Origin: Methylococcaceae bacterium
Lineage (GTDB): Bacteria; Pseudomonadota; Gammaproteobacteria; Methylococcales; Methylomonadaceae
Assembly (NCBI GenBank): GCA_021736705.1
Contig: JAIPFI010000001.1
Coordinates: 2,729 to 66,728, forward strand
DNA: 64,000 bases
Direction: 5' to 3'
The notes under the pieces are model-generated. The model did not search any database, was not told the DNA's origin, and saw only the letters and a list, made by a program, of their open reading frames with translations. Position 1 is the stretch's first letter, and each line of letters starts with the position of its first letter. Of this stretch, positions 1-8,967 are shown piece after piece. The translations under genes and the position numbers were made by a program.

Positions 1-1
1 T

Positions 2-406
2 GAACATTTCTCTTGGGTGCATAGTGTTGATAGGTTAAAAATTGCCCAGCGGTTAAGTGAACAACGCCCCGCGCATTTGTCGCCATTAAATGTTTGTATT
101 CAAGTTAATATTAGCAATGAAGCCACTAAGTCGGGATTTTCTTTGTTAGAATTACCTGAAGTTATTGGAAAAATTAGTTGTTTGCCAAATATTAAACTGC
201 GTGGAGTGATGGCTATTCCTCGACCAGAAACTGATTTTTCTTTGCAAAAAGCACCTTATCGACAATTATATCAAGCGGTAAAGGCGCTCAAGAAACCGGA
301 GTTAGATACTTTTTCTTTTGGTATGACAGGAGATTTAAGCGCGGCGATTGCAGAAGGAGCGACTATTGTTAGAGTAGGTACTGCGCTTTTTGGTGTGCGA
401 AATTAA
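2..406 (+). CDS. yggS: PLP homeostasis protein YggS/PROSC (5' end outside window)
   Basis: Frame open from base 2 (EHFSWVHSVDR...); motifs IQVNISNE..KSG, GVMAIP, SFGMTGD, GATIVRVGTALFG. Confidence 0.95.
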   Translation, partial: EHFSWVHSVDRLKIAQRLSEQRPAHLSPLNVCIQVNISNEATKSGFSLLELPEVIGKISCLPNIKLRGVMAIPRPETDFSLQKAPYRQLYQAVKALKKPELDTFSFGMTGDLSAAIAEGATIVRVGTALFGVRN

Positions 407-433
407 ATAAACAACTTATTGAGGTTCAGGTTA

Positions 434-553
434 GGAATGTGCATGAAATAATGTCTTCATCTTAGGAGCGCAGGCAGCTTGCCTGCGAAAGGCAGACGAG
501 CCGCCTGCGCTCCCACAAAAAATTAGTTGTCGAAGTTATTTTGTGCTCATTCC
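434..553. mobile_element. 120-bp MITE (copy 1) with 18-bp imperfect TIRs, TTA target duplication and internal REP-doublet hairpin
   Basis: Left end GGAATGTGCATGAAATAA vs reverse complement of right end GGAATGAGCACAAAATAA; TTA at 431-433 and 554-556; near-identical copy at 45530-45650. Confidence 0.85.
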
Positions 554-606
554 TTAGCTAAAAAGAGCCTAAAAAGATCTATGCACCATACTAAAACGCT
601 AATGAG

Positions 607-1182
607 GTGTTATTTATGCCAGTTTTAAACCGTATTTTCTTAATAAAAGCACATATGATTGTTGCCGCTTTTATCTTGCCTGTTGCGCTTATGTTTTTTA
701 TCACGGGCGGACTTTATACCTGGGGCGTAACAGGTGGCTATGTGAGTGACACGTATACTTTGCCACTTAAGCAAACCATGCCGCAAAATAAAGAATGGCT
801 TACTGAAAAAGTAGTTAATGAACTTACGCAACGTTCTATTGCCTTGCCATCAGGGGAGGCAAAAGTCAAAACTGCCGGAAATTCTTTTTATTTTGAGTGG
901 ACGGGATCTGCGGTTGATGTGCTGTTAGAGCCCAGCGTTAAGCCACTTGAAGCTAAATTAACCATAAAGCAAACTACTTTGCATCGTTTTTTTGTGCAAT
1001 TACATAAAGCTAAAGGCGGTGAGGCATTTAAAGTCTATGCCGCTCTATTAGTGGTTTGTTTGGTGTTTTTGTTTGTTTCTGGCGTCACCATGGCTTGGCA
1101 AATGGTTAAATATCGACCCTTGCTTTTAAGTTCTGCTTGCTCAGGGCTGTTATTGTTTATTTTCTTGGCGAGTATTAGTTAA
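607..1182 (+). CDS. PepSY-associated TM helix membrane protein
   Basis: N-terminal H..VAAFILP...FFITGG helix, LHKAKGG motif before C-terminal TM helices; start may be ATG 616. Confidence 0.7.
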   Translation: MLFMPVLNRIFLIKAHMIVAAFILPVALMFFITGGLYTWGVTGGYVSDTYTLPLKQTMPQNKEWLTEKVVNELTQRSIALPSGEAKVKTAGNSFYFEWTGSAVDVLLEPSVKPLEAKLTIKQTTLHRFFVQLHKAKGGEAFKVYAALLVVCLVFLFVSGVTMAWQMVKYRPLLLSSACSGLLLFIFLASIS

Positions 1183-1190
1183 GTTCAGTG

Positions 1191-1225
1191 TCGTCATATT
1201 CCTGTCATATTCTTCCCTTTACAAT
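1191..1225 (+). promoter_or_regulatory. Pho box (PhoB-type direct repeat) plus -10 element
   Basis: TCGTCAT-ATTC-CTGTCAT-ATTC (11-bp period) then TACAAT at 1220-1225; same geometry as boxes before pstS and pstC. Confidence 0.7.
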
Positions 1226-1264
1226 AGCGGCTATATAATTTGACATTTCATTGGAGCCTTTATT

Positions 1265-1843
1265 GTGAAAAAAATCCCTTTTCTAGTTGCTATACTTTCT
1301 TTGTTGTTAGCTTCATGTGCAACGACTATACCTAAACAAGCCGCAGAAAAAGCCGTCGTAGCGCCAGTCACCATTCCAACAGTGCTAGCCTACAATGTAA
1401 ATGACTATTATCTAGTATATCAAGATGAGCGGATTTATGTATTTGACGACTTTAAAGTGTATCAAGAGTTTCTTGATCTTGGCGAAACGACCTTTCGTTT
1501 TACTCGTGTAGGTGCTGGCCCTAAAGGAGAAACAGTGGTTTTTGGTTTGCGTAAAGTAGATGCAAAAAAACCTAATGAAAGTGGCGTGGTTAATTTATAT
1601 GACGGCAAAGCTGAAGGGATAGCTGTTGGCTTTTACGGTGAAGTTGTTGTCGATGGCCGTGTTTATGTCTTTAGTGAGTGGGCTGATTTACAATCATTCG
1701 TAAAAGTAGGTGAAGCAACATTCCGTTACACTGATATTGGTGCAGGTTCAAAAGGTGAAACACTTGTTTACGTGCTAAATAAGAGCAATAAAAAGAAAAA
1801 ACCAGTTGAATTAATGGCGGCATATAAAGCTAAACATAGGTAA
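1265..1843 (+). CDS. Uncharacterised lipoprotein with an internally duplicated domain
   Basis: Lipobox LASC; RIYVFDD...GETTFRFTRVGAGPKGETVVF repeated as RVYVFSE...GEATFRYTDIGAGSKGETLVY. Confidence 0.8.
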   Translation: MKKIPFLVAILSLLLASCATTIPKQAAEKAVVAPVTIPTVLAYNVNDYYLVYQDERIYVFDDFKVYQEFLDLGETTFRFTRVGAGPKGETVVFGLRKVDAKKPNESGVVNLYDGKAEGIAVGFYGEVVVDGRVYVFSEWADLQSFVKVGEATFRYTDIGAGSKGETLVYVLNKSNKKKKPVELMAAYKAKHR

Positions 1844-1861
1844 ATTTGCTATGTTTTAGTT

Positions 1862-1890
1862 AAAAAAGGGGGCTTTAAGCCCCCTTTTTT
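1862..1890. terminator. Rho-independent terminator (bidirectional shape)
   Basis: AAAAAAGGGGGCT-TTA-AGCCCCCTTTTTT. Confidence 0.85.
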
Positions 1891-1995
1891 GTGCCTTTTT
1901 TAGGGTCAGTTTTCACGCTTATTATTCGGGGGTGCTTTGAGTTGCCCTATAAATCAGCGATAATCTATGCTTTTATGATATAGATAGGCGAAAAT

Positions 1996-2133
1996 ATGAG
2001 CGGATATGTAACGAGTAAAAAGGTCAGATATATTACCTCGGTGATTTTTGTGCTATTTATGATTTTTATCGTCGGTGGTTCTTATCTAGCTCAGCAAGAG
2101 CAAGCCGCCTCTGAAAGTACTTCAGCCTCTTAA
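1996..2133 (+). CDS. Small single-pass membrane protein (45 aa), not in ORF track
   Basis: MSGYVTSKKVRYITSVIFVLFMIFIVGGSYLAQQEQAASESTSAS; basic N-terminus plus hydrophobic helix; stops 10 nt before polA. Confidence 0.55.
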   Translation: MSGYVTSKKVRYITSVIFVLFMIFIVGGSYLAQQEQAASESTSAS

Positions 2134-2143
2134 TTATCTACTT

Positions 2144-4861
2144 ATGTCTAAAAAACTGCTGTTAATTGATGGCTCGTCATTTTTATTTCGCGCTTATCAT
2201 GCCGTGCCCCCTTTAAGTAATGCTGAAGGTATGCCAACTAACGCTATTTTTGGCGTAGCGAATATGCTGCGTCGATTAATTAGCGATCATAAAACTGATT
2301 ATTTTACGGTTGTATTTGATGCGCCTGGCGGTTCATTTAGAAATGAGCTGTACAGCGAATATAAATCTCATCGACCACCCATGCCTGATGACCTAAGAGT
2401 GCAAATTCAGCCATTACATGACTTGATTCGGGCGATGGGTTTGCCTTTGATTATGGAGTCGGGCGTAGAGGCCGATGATGTGATTGGTGCCTTAACTCAT
2501 TTAGCCGTAGACGCAGGTTTTCAGGTGATTATCTCTACTGGCGATAAAGATATGGCACAACTGGTTACCGATCAGGTTACGCTAGAAAATACGATGTCAA
2601 ATACAGTCACGGACGTGCAGGGAGTGATTGATAAATTTGGCGTAACACCTGCACAGATTATCGATTATCTCGCTTTAATGGGCGATAGTGCGGATAACAT
2701 TCCTGGTGTAGCGAAAGTGGGGCCGAAAACAGCGGCAAAATGGTTGGCTCAGTATCAAACCTTAGAGAATCTGATGGTAAATGCCGATGAGATTAAAGGT
2801 AAAATCGGTGAAAATTTGCGTGCCAGCCTTGGCGACCTGCCCTTATCGAAACAATTAACAACTATTAAATGCGATTTGGATTTACCGTACCATATGGATG
2901 ACTTGCGTTGTACCCCAGAGGACAAGCAATTATTGCAAGAGCAGCTAGAAAATCTAGGTTTCAATGCTTGGTCGAAAAGTCTGAAAAATACGCCTTTTGT
3001 GGCACATATGCCATCAACGCCTAGGGTTATGGAGGAAGCGCTTGTCGCTGAGGGCGTTGAATATGAAATGATTGTCACCATGGCGGCGTTTAATCATTGG
3101 TTATATAAATTAAAAACGGCTGAATTATTCGCCTTCGACACTGAAACAACCAGCATTGATTACACCGCAGCGGAAATTGTTGGTGTCTCGTTTGCCGTTA
3201 TTGTCGGAGAGGCGGCGTACATACCTTTAGCGCATGATTATCCTGGCGTTCCTGAGCAATTATCGCGCACTGAAATTTTGCAGGCATTAAAGCCTTTATT
3301 GGAAGATCCTACGCATAAGAAAGTCGGCCAGAATTTAAAATACGATGCTAATGTTTTGGCTAATTATGCCATTGAATTACGCGGCATAGCGCAAGATACC
3401 ATGCTCGAATCTTACGTTATCGATAGCACGCGTACTAAGCATAATATGGATGATTTAGCGAAAGTGTATCTGAATCGTAACACCATTCATTATGAGGATG
3501 TGACAGGCAAAGGAGCAAAACAAATTGGCTTTGCTGAAGTTCCGATTGAGCAAGCGGCACAATATGCGGCAGAAGATGCCGATATTACTTTGGCTCTACA
3601 TCAGGTTTTAGCGCCTAAGTTAGCCGAACATGAAAAGCTGCTTGCATTGTATGAAAATATAGAAATACCGGTATTAAGCGTACTCTCACGTATGGAGCGG
3701 ACTGGCGTTTTAATTGATAGTGATATGTTGGCGCAGCAAAGCATGGAATTGGCCAATCATATTATGGCGATAGAGCAACAAGCGCATGAGATGGCGGGGC
3801 AAAGTTTTAATATTGCTTCACCTAAACAAATTCAAGAAATTTTATATGATAAATTAAACCTGCCCGTTTTAAAGAAAACCCCCAAAGGCCAACCTTCTAC
3901 TGCAGAGTCCGTTTTGCAGGAGTTAGCGGAAGATTACCCTTTGCCAGCATTGATTTTAAAACATCGCAGTATGAGCAAGTTAAAGTCGACTTATACTGAT
4001 AAATTGCCGCTACAAATTAGCCCAAAAACGGGGCGTGTGCATACTTCATATCATCAGGCCGTTGCCGCAACAGGGCGATTGTCGTCGTCGAATCCTAATT
4101 TACAAAATATTCCTGTACGTAGCGCGGAAGGGCGCAAGATTCGCCAAGCTTTTATTGCACCTGCGGGCTATAAAATTGTCGCGGCTGATTATTCGCAAAT
4201 TGAATTGCGCATTATGGCGCATTTATCCGGCGATGAAGGTTTATTGGATGCGTTTGCGAAAGGTGAGGATATTCATAAGGCAACGGCCGCCGATGTTTTT
4301 GGCGTTAGTATTGATCAAGTAACTAATGATTTACGTCGTTCTGCTAAAGCGATTAATTTTGGTTTAATTTATGGTATGTCCGCTTTTGGTCTAGCTAAGC
4401 AGTTAGGTTTGGGGCGTAACCAAGCACAAGAATATATTGATTTATATTTTTCTCGTTATCCACGGGTTAAACAGTATATGGACGATACGCGCGAATTAGC
4501 GAAACAGCAGGGTTATGTTGAAACCTTATTAGGGCGCCGCTTATATTTACCTGAAATCCATTCTAAAAATGCCGCTAGACGGCAATATGCCGAAAGAACA
4601 GCGATTAATGCCCCTATGCAAGGTACGGCAGCGGATATTATTAAGCTAGCTATGATCGCGACCGATCAATGGATACAAGATGATCAGCCAGATATTAAAA
4701 TGATTATGCAAGTGCATGATGAATTGGTGTTTGAAATAGCGGAAGCTAAGGTTGATGAATATAGCGCTAATATTAGGCAATTAATGAGCGCGGCAACAGT
4801 ACTGGATGTACCTTTAGTCGTCGATATAGGTGTGGGTATCAATTGGGATGAGGCGCATTAG
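2144..4861 (+). CDS. polA: DNA polymerase I
   Basis: 5'-3' exonuclease (LIDGSS..FRAYHA), 3'-5' exonuclease (FDTETT), polymerase motifs DYSQIELR, KAINFGLIYG, QVHDEL. Confidence 0.99.
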   Translation: MSKKLLLIDGSSFLFRAYHAVPPLSNAEGMPTNAIFGVANMLRRLISDHKTDYFTVVFDAPGGSFRNELYSEYKSHRPPMPDDLRVQIQPLHDLIRAMGLPLIMESGVEADDVIGALTHLAVDAGFQVIISTGDKDMAQLVTDQVTLENTMSNTVTDVQGVIDKFGVTPAQIIDYLALMGDSADNIPGVAKVGPKTAAKWLAQYQTLENLMVNADEIKGKIGENLRASLGDLPLSKQLTTIKCDLDLPYHMDDLRCTPEDKQLLQEQLENLGFNAWSKSLKNTPFVAHMPSTPRVMEEALVAEGVEYEMIVTMAAFNHWLYKLKTAELFAFDTETTSIDYTAAEIVGVSFAVIVGEAAYIPLAHDYPGVPEQLSRTEILQALKPLLEDPTHKKVGQNLKYDANVLANYAIELRGIAQDTMLESYVIDSTRTKHNMDDLAKVYLNRNTIHYEDVTGKGAKQIGFAEVPIEQAAQYAAEDADITLALHQVLAPKLAEHEKLLALYENIEIPVLSVLSRMERTGVLIDSDMLAQQSMELANHIMAIEQQAHEMAGQSFNIASPKQIQEILYDKLNLPVLKKTPKGQPSTAESVLQELAEDYPLPALILKHRSMSKLKSTYTDKLPLQISPKTGRVHTSYHQAVAATGRLSSSNPNLQNIPVRSAEGRKIRQAFIAPAGYKIVAADYSQIELRIMAHLSGDEGLLDAFAKGEDIHKATAADVFGVSIDQVTNDLRRSAKAINFGLIYGMSAFGLAKQLGLGRNQAQEYIDLYFSRYPRVKQYMDDTRELAKQQGYVETLLGRRLYLPEIHSKNAARRQYAERTAINAPMQGTAADIIKLAMIATDQWIQDDQPDIKMIMQVHDELVFEIAEAKVDEYSANIRQLMSAATVLDVPLVVDIGVGINWDEAH

Positions 4862-4888
4862 AGCGGTTTTTTATGTCCACGGTATACC

Positions 4889-5734
4889 TTGATGACTGAC
4901 GCAGAAGCAAAATTTATTACGTATGTTGAGCGCATGCCGGCTTTTCCTAAAAGTGTACATAAAGTGATACAGCTGGCCGCAAATGTTGATTCGTCGGCAA
5001 AAGATATGGTGGCGGTGATCGAAAGTGATCCGGTTATGACGATTAAAATTTTAAAAGTAATTAATTCTGCTTTTTATAGTTTGCCGCAAAAAATTACCTC
5101 TATTCAACGTGCTTTAGTGCATATCGGCATGAACACTATTAAAAATCTCGCTTTAAGTGTTGCTGCGATTGGGGTTTTAAACCCCCATAATAAAGCGGAA
5201 TTTGATACCGGCTTGTTTTTGGAGCACTCTTTGGCCGTCGCCGTGTTAAGTAAAAAACTCGCAGAACGAATGGGCGTACCTTTGATGTACAGCAGTGATT
5301 ATTTTGTCGCTGGGCTATTGCATGATTTTGGCAAAATTGTTTTCGCAGAATTTATGCCTCATGAGTTTAAATTGGCATTACAGCAAAGTAAAGAGCATCA
5401 GATTGATTTGCATTTAGCAGAGCTTGAAATTATGGGTATTAATCATGCTCAAGCCGGGCGGATGTTGGCATTGAAATGGGAGCTTGCAGAGAATTTGGCT
5501 AATGCTATTGATTTGCATCATAGTGTTGCTCAAGGTGATTTATTGGTCAACTGTGTGTTTGCGGCTAATCAAATAGCTAAAAAATGTCACATAGGGAGCG
5601 CGGGCAATCCGATTATAGATGCTTTGCCGGCAGAATTAATCAGCCTATTTGGCATGTCTTTGGATGAATTGATTATTAGTTTAGGTGATATGTCGCTTAT
5701 TAAAGCTGAAGTGCAACAATTTATGCAGGCATAA
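4889..5734 (+). CDS. HDOD domain protein
   Basis: MPAFP, DPVMT.KILKVINSAFY, HSLAVA, GLLHDFGK, HAQAG..LA.KWEL. Confidence 0.9.
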   Translation: MMTDAEAKFITYVERMPAFPKSVHKVIQLAANVDSSAKDMVAVIESDPVMTIKILKVINSAFYSLPQKITSIQRALVHIGMNTIKNLALSVAAIGVLNPHNKAEFDTGLFLEHSLAVAVLSKKLAERMGVPLMYSSDYFVAGLLHDFGKIVFAEFMPHEFKLALQQSKEHQIDLHLAELEIMGINHAQAGRMLALKWELAENLANAIDLHHSVAQGDLLVNCVFAANQIAKKCHIGSAGNPIIDALPAELISLFGMSLDELIISLGDMSLIKAEVQQFMQA

Positions 5735-5738
5735 GACG

Positions 5739-6620
5739 GTGAAATTTAAGTTTTGGGGTGTGCGGGGATCAATTCCAACGCCAGGCGCGCAGACAAATAA
5801 ATATGGAGGTAATACGACGTGCATTGAAATTAGGACGGCTAATGATGATCTAATCATTTTTGATGCAGGGACGGGTATTCATCAATTAATGCAAACGCTT
5901 TTACCCCAAATGCCTATTGATGCACATATTTTGATTACGCATACGCACTGGGATCATATTCATGGATTACCTTTTTGTATGCCGATTTATATTCCGGGTA
6001 ATAAATTAACGATTTATGGCGGCCAAGATTTAAAAACAGGCGAGGGTATTGAGCGCGCCTTAAAAGTGCAAATGCAGCATTCCTTTTTTCCTATAGCGGA
6101 GTCTGAGCTAAAAGCAGAGGTGAGTTATAAAACCGTAAAAGTAGGGGAAAAGTTTTTCATTGCAGATGCTACGATTACGCCCGTGTTGCTCAATCACCCG
6201 GTTATAAATTTTGGTTATCGTATTGATTGTGATGGCAAGTCCTTGTTTTTTACTGGCGATTATGAGCAACAAGTTAATATTTATACACCTGAAGACAGAG
6301 AATATTTGGAGTTTGAGCAGATGATTGAGGCGTATGTCGATTCGCTGGTGAGTATTATACGCGATGTTGATGTGTTAATTATAGACAGCTCTTTTACTGA
6401 TCAAGAATACCAGCATAAAAAGAATTGGGGGCACGGTACTTATACTGCCGCGATAAAGTTGGCGGAAAAAGTCGGTGCGAAGAAATTATTTTTTACCCAC
6501 CATGAGCCAACACGCTCTGATGCGGCGCTTGATGCAATTTATGAGGAATTGTTGAAAAATAATCAAGAGTTAGTCTGTGAGCTATTTGTCGCTCAGGAAG
6601 GATTGGAAGTCAAATTATAA
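5739..6620 (+). CDS. Metallo-beta-lactamase-fold hydrolase (WGVRGS family)
   Basis: FWGVRGSIPTPG, GGNTTC, THTHWDH, GHGT, FTHHEP; GTG 5739 preferred over the overlapping ORF start 5685. Confidence 0.9.
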   Translation: MKFKFWGVRGSIPTPGAQTNKYGGNTTCIEIRTANDDLIIFDAGTGIHQLMQTLLPQMPIDAHILITHTHWDHIHGLPFCMPIYIPGNKLTIYGGQDLKTGEGIERALKVQMQHSFFPIAESELKAEVSYKTVKVGEKFFIADATITPVLLNHPVINFGYRIDCDGKSLFFTGDYEQQVNIYTPEDREYLEFEQMIEAYVDSLVSIIRDVDVLIIDSSFTDQEYQHKKNWGHGTYTAAIKLAEKVGAKKLFFTHHEPTRSDAALDAIYEELLKNNQELVCELFVAQEGLEVKL

Positions 6621-6652
6621 GGAAATGGACAATGATTTGCATCCATGTAGCA

Positions 6653-6696
6653 CCATCACTATATTTCCGAAATGATTTGCGGGAATATAGCGATGG
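6653..6696. repeat. Imperfect long hairpin between convergent genes
   Basis: CCATCACTATATTTCCG...CGGGAATATAGCGATGG (15/17 complementary), with a further weak outer stem. Confidence 0.55.
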
Positions 6697-6733
6697 GTGT
6701 GGCGATAAAAATGGATTGCATGGCGCGGTTTGT

Positions 6734-7375
6734 TTATATCTCTATTTCTGGCGATATTCCTTTGCTAGCCTCGTTATCAGGGGCTTGAAACCAGTCATCT
6801 AAACGCTGATGAATCTCATCGACCCCGTTCTTTTTTAAAGCAGAAAACAATTGCAGTGAAACGGGCATATCCAGGTCTTTTAATTCGCGTTGTACTGCCA
6901 ATAAGGTGTTTTTTGCAGCACCATGATTCAGTTTGTCAGCTTTGGTCAGTAAAATATGCAGTGGCTTGTTACTGTAGTTGCACCATGTGATCATTTGCCA
7001 GTCAAATTCGGTTAAGGGGTGACGAATATCCATGACTAAAATAATGCCATATAAAGACCGACGGTCGCTTAAATACTCCTCCATTAAGAGTTGCCACTTC
7101 TTTTTGACTGCGACAGGGACTTTAGCGTAGCCGTAGCCAGGTAAATCAACCAAACGGTGCTGTTCATTGAGTGTGAAAAAATTAAGTAACTGTGTACGCC
7201 CCGGTGTTTTACTGATTCGAGCCAATGCTTTTTGGTTGGTTAAGGTATTTAAAGCGCTCGATTTTCCTGCATTAGAACGACCTGCAAAAGCAACTTCCCG
7301 CCCCGTATCGACCGGTGTTGACTTTAATTCGGGGGCGCTAAGAAGGAATTTAGCCTGATAGTAGAGAGAGTTCAT
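6734..7375 (-). CDS. engB: Ribosome biogenesis GTPase YihA/EngB
   Basis: [30 protein letters not shown]. Confidence 0.97.
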   Translation of the reverse strand: MNSLYYQAKFLLSAPELKSTPVDTGREVAFAGRSNAGKSSALNTLTNQKALARISKTPGRTQLLNFFTLNEQHRLVDLPGYGYAKVPVAVKKKWQLLMEEYLSDRRSLYGIILVMDIRHPLTEFDWQMITWCNYSNKPLHILLTKADKLNHGAAKNTLLAVQRELKDLDMPVSLQLFSALKKNGVDEIHQRLDDWFQAPDNEASKGISPEIEI

Positions 7376-7477
7376 ACTTATCTCGTGTAGAGGGTTTAAT
7401 TAAATTAGAGTAGAATTTAAACTAGTATTGTACATAAGATTACCTTATGTTTATTTTATTCCGAAAAGGGGAATCTA

Positions 7478-8236
7478 ATGAAGAAAAGTCTATTGGCGTT
7501 GTCGGTATCAATTGCTTTGCTAAATATCTCGGGTATCGCGCAAGCTAAAACTGATCTTACCGCGGCAACTAATATTTCTGCTGGAAAGACTAAAAGTGCC
7601 TCTTGCGCAGGCTGTCATGGTGAAGATGGTAATAGTATAATGCCGCTCTTTCCCAAACTGGCTGACCAGAATGAAGAATATTTAATCAAGCAAATGCAGG
7701 CATTTAAAGACGGTACACGGACAGACGCCACAATGAGCGGTATGGTGGCTGGCTTGAATCTTCAGGATATGCAAGATATTGCTGCTTTTTATGAGAAACA
7801 AAAAGTAACTAAAAACACCTTGCCGCCGATTGAGTCGAATGATGAGGGGATGACTGCCGAAGCATCAAGTGAACTTTCAGACGCGGAAGCTTTAGCTTCA
7901 GCCGAAGAAAAAGCGGCAGCCAATAAGCAAGCCGCACAAGAGCAGCAAGATGCATTGTTAGCGCTAGGTTATGATGTTTATCGTAATGGTGATTTAGAGC
8001 GTGAAATATCCGCGTGTATTGCTTGTCATGGTCCTAATGGTGAAGGTAATAAGCCAGCTTCTTTTCCATCATTACAAGGACAGCATGCCGATTATTTAAT
8101 TAAAACCTTAACGGATTTTAAAAATAATGTACGCAGCAATAACCCTGACAACATGATGCATATGATCGCTCATAAAATGTCTGAAGAAGAAATAAAAGCC
8201 ATTGCGTATTATGTGTCAGTAATGAAAGGTAATTAA
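7478..8236 (+). CDS. Dihaem cytochrome c4 with long acidic/Ala-rich linker
   Basis: Signal peptide; CAGCH and CIACH; divergent from engB and upstream of dsbA (conserved synteny). Confidence 0.92.
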   Translation: MKKSLLALSVSIALLNISGIAQAKTDLTAATNISAGKTKSASCAGCHGEDGNSIMPLFPKLADQNEEYLIKQMQAFKDGTRTDATMSGMVAGLNLQDMQDIAAFYEKQKVTKNTLPPIESNDEGMTAEASSELSDAEALASAEEKAAANKQAAQEQQDALLALGYDVYRNGDLEREISACIACHGPNGEGNKPASFPSLQGQHADYLIKTLTDFKNNVRSNNPDNMMHMIAHKMSEEEIKAIAYYVSVMKGN

Positions 8237-8266
8237 GCACAAATTTTACGAAAAAAGGATATAAAA

Positions 8267-8881
8267 ATGTTAAAGAAAATAATGAAAGCAGGATTTTCAG
8301 TCAGCTTGTTTATGTTTGCCTGTTTAAGTTTTGCTGCGGGTCAGGGGTATGAAAATTTAAAAGCTGCACAGCCAACTCAAGACCCCGATAAAGTCGAAGT
8401 GATTGAATTCTTTTGGTATGGTTGCCCACATTGTTATCAATTTGAGCCGGAAATTGTCGCATGGAAAGCGACGCTACCTAAAAATGTTAGCTTTATCCGT
8501 CAACCGGCGGTATTTAATGAGCTTTGGGGGAAGCATGCTAAAGCTTTTTTTACTGCTGAAGTTTTAGGTGTAGCGGATAAAGTGCATGCCGATTTTTTCC
8601 ATGCCATACAGGTTAAGCAAGAAAAATTAAGCAGCGAAGAGGATTTAGCCGCTTTTTTTGTTGCTCATGGGATAGATGAAGTAGCATTTCACGATGCTTA
8701 TAACTCTTTTATTGTTGATACTAAAATGCGTCAAGCGAAAGCCATGGGGCCACGTTACGGTATCACCGGTGTTCCTGCCTTAGTAGTTAATGGCAAATAC
8801 CTGGTTAATGGGCGTAGTGCTGGAGATAAAGGCGGCATGATTAAAGTTGTTAATGAGTTAATCGCGCAAGAAAGCAAATAG
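8267..8881 (+). CDS. dsbA: Thiol:disulfide oxidoreductase DsbA
   Basis: EFFWYGCPHC, GVPALVVNGKY. Confidence 0.95.
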   Translation: MLKKIMKAGFSVSLFMFACLSFAAGQGYENLKAAQPTQDPDKVEVIEFFWYGCPHCYQFEPEIVAWKATLPKNVSFIRQPAVFNELWGKHAKAFFTAEVLGVADKVHADFFHAIQVKQEKLSSEEDLAAFFVAHGIDEVAFHDAYNSFIVDTKMRQAKAMGPRYGITGVPALVVNGKYLVNGRSAGDKGGMIKVVNELIAQESK

Positions 8882-8910
8882 TTTGCCGGCATAATCTATA
8901 CATCGGATTG

Positions 8911-8942
8911 ATCCCAAAGCGTTATTATTGCGTCTTTGGGAT
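8911..8942 (+). terminator. Hairpin after dsbA (possible terminator or mRNA stabiliser)
   Basis: ATCCCAAAG...CTTTGGGAT; weak U-tract. Confidence 0.4.
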
Positions 8943-8967
8943 TCTTAAATCATAGGTAGAATGGAAA

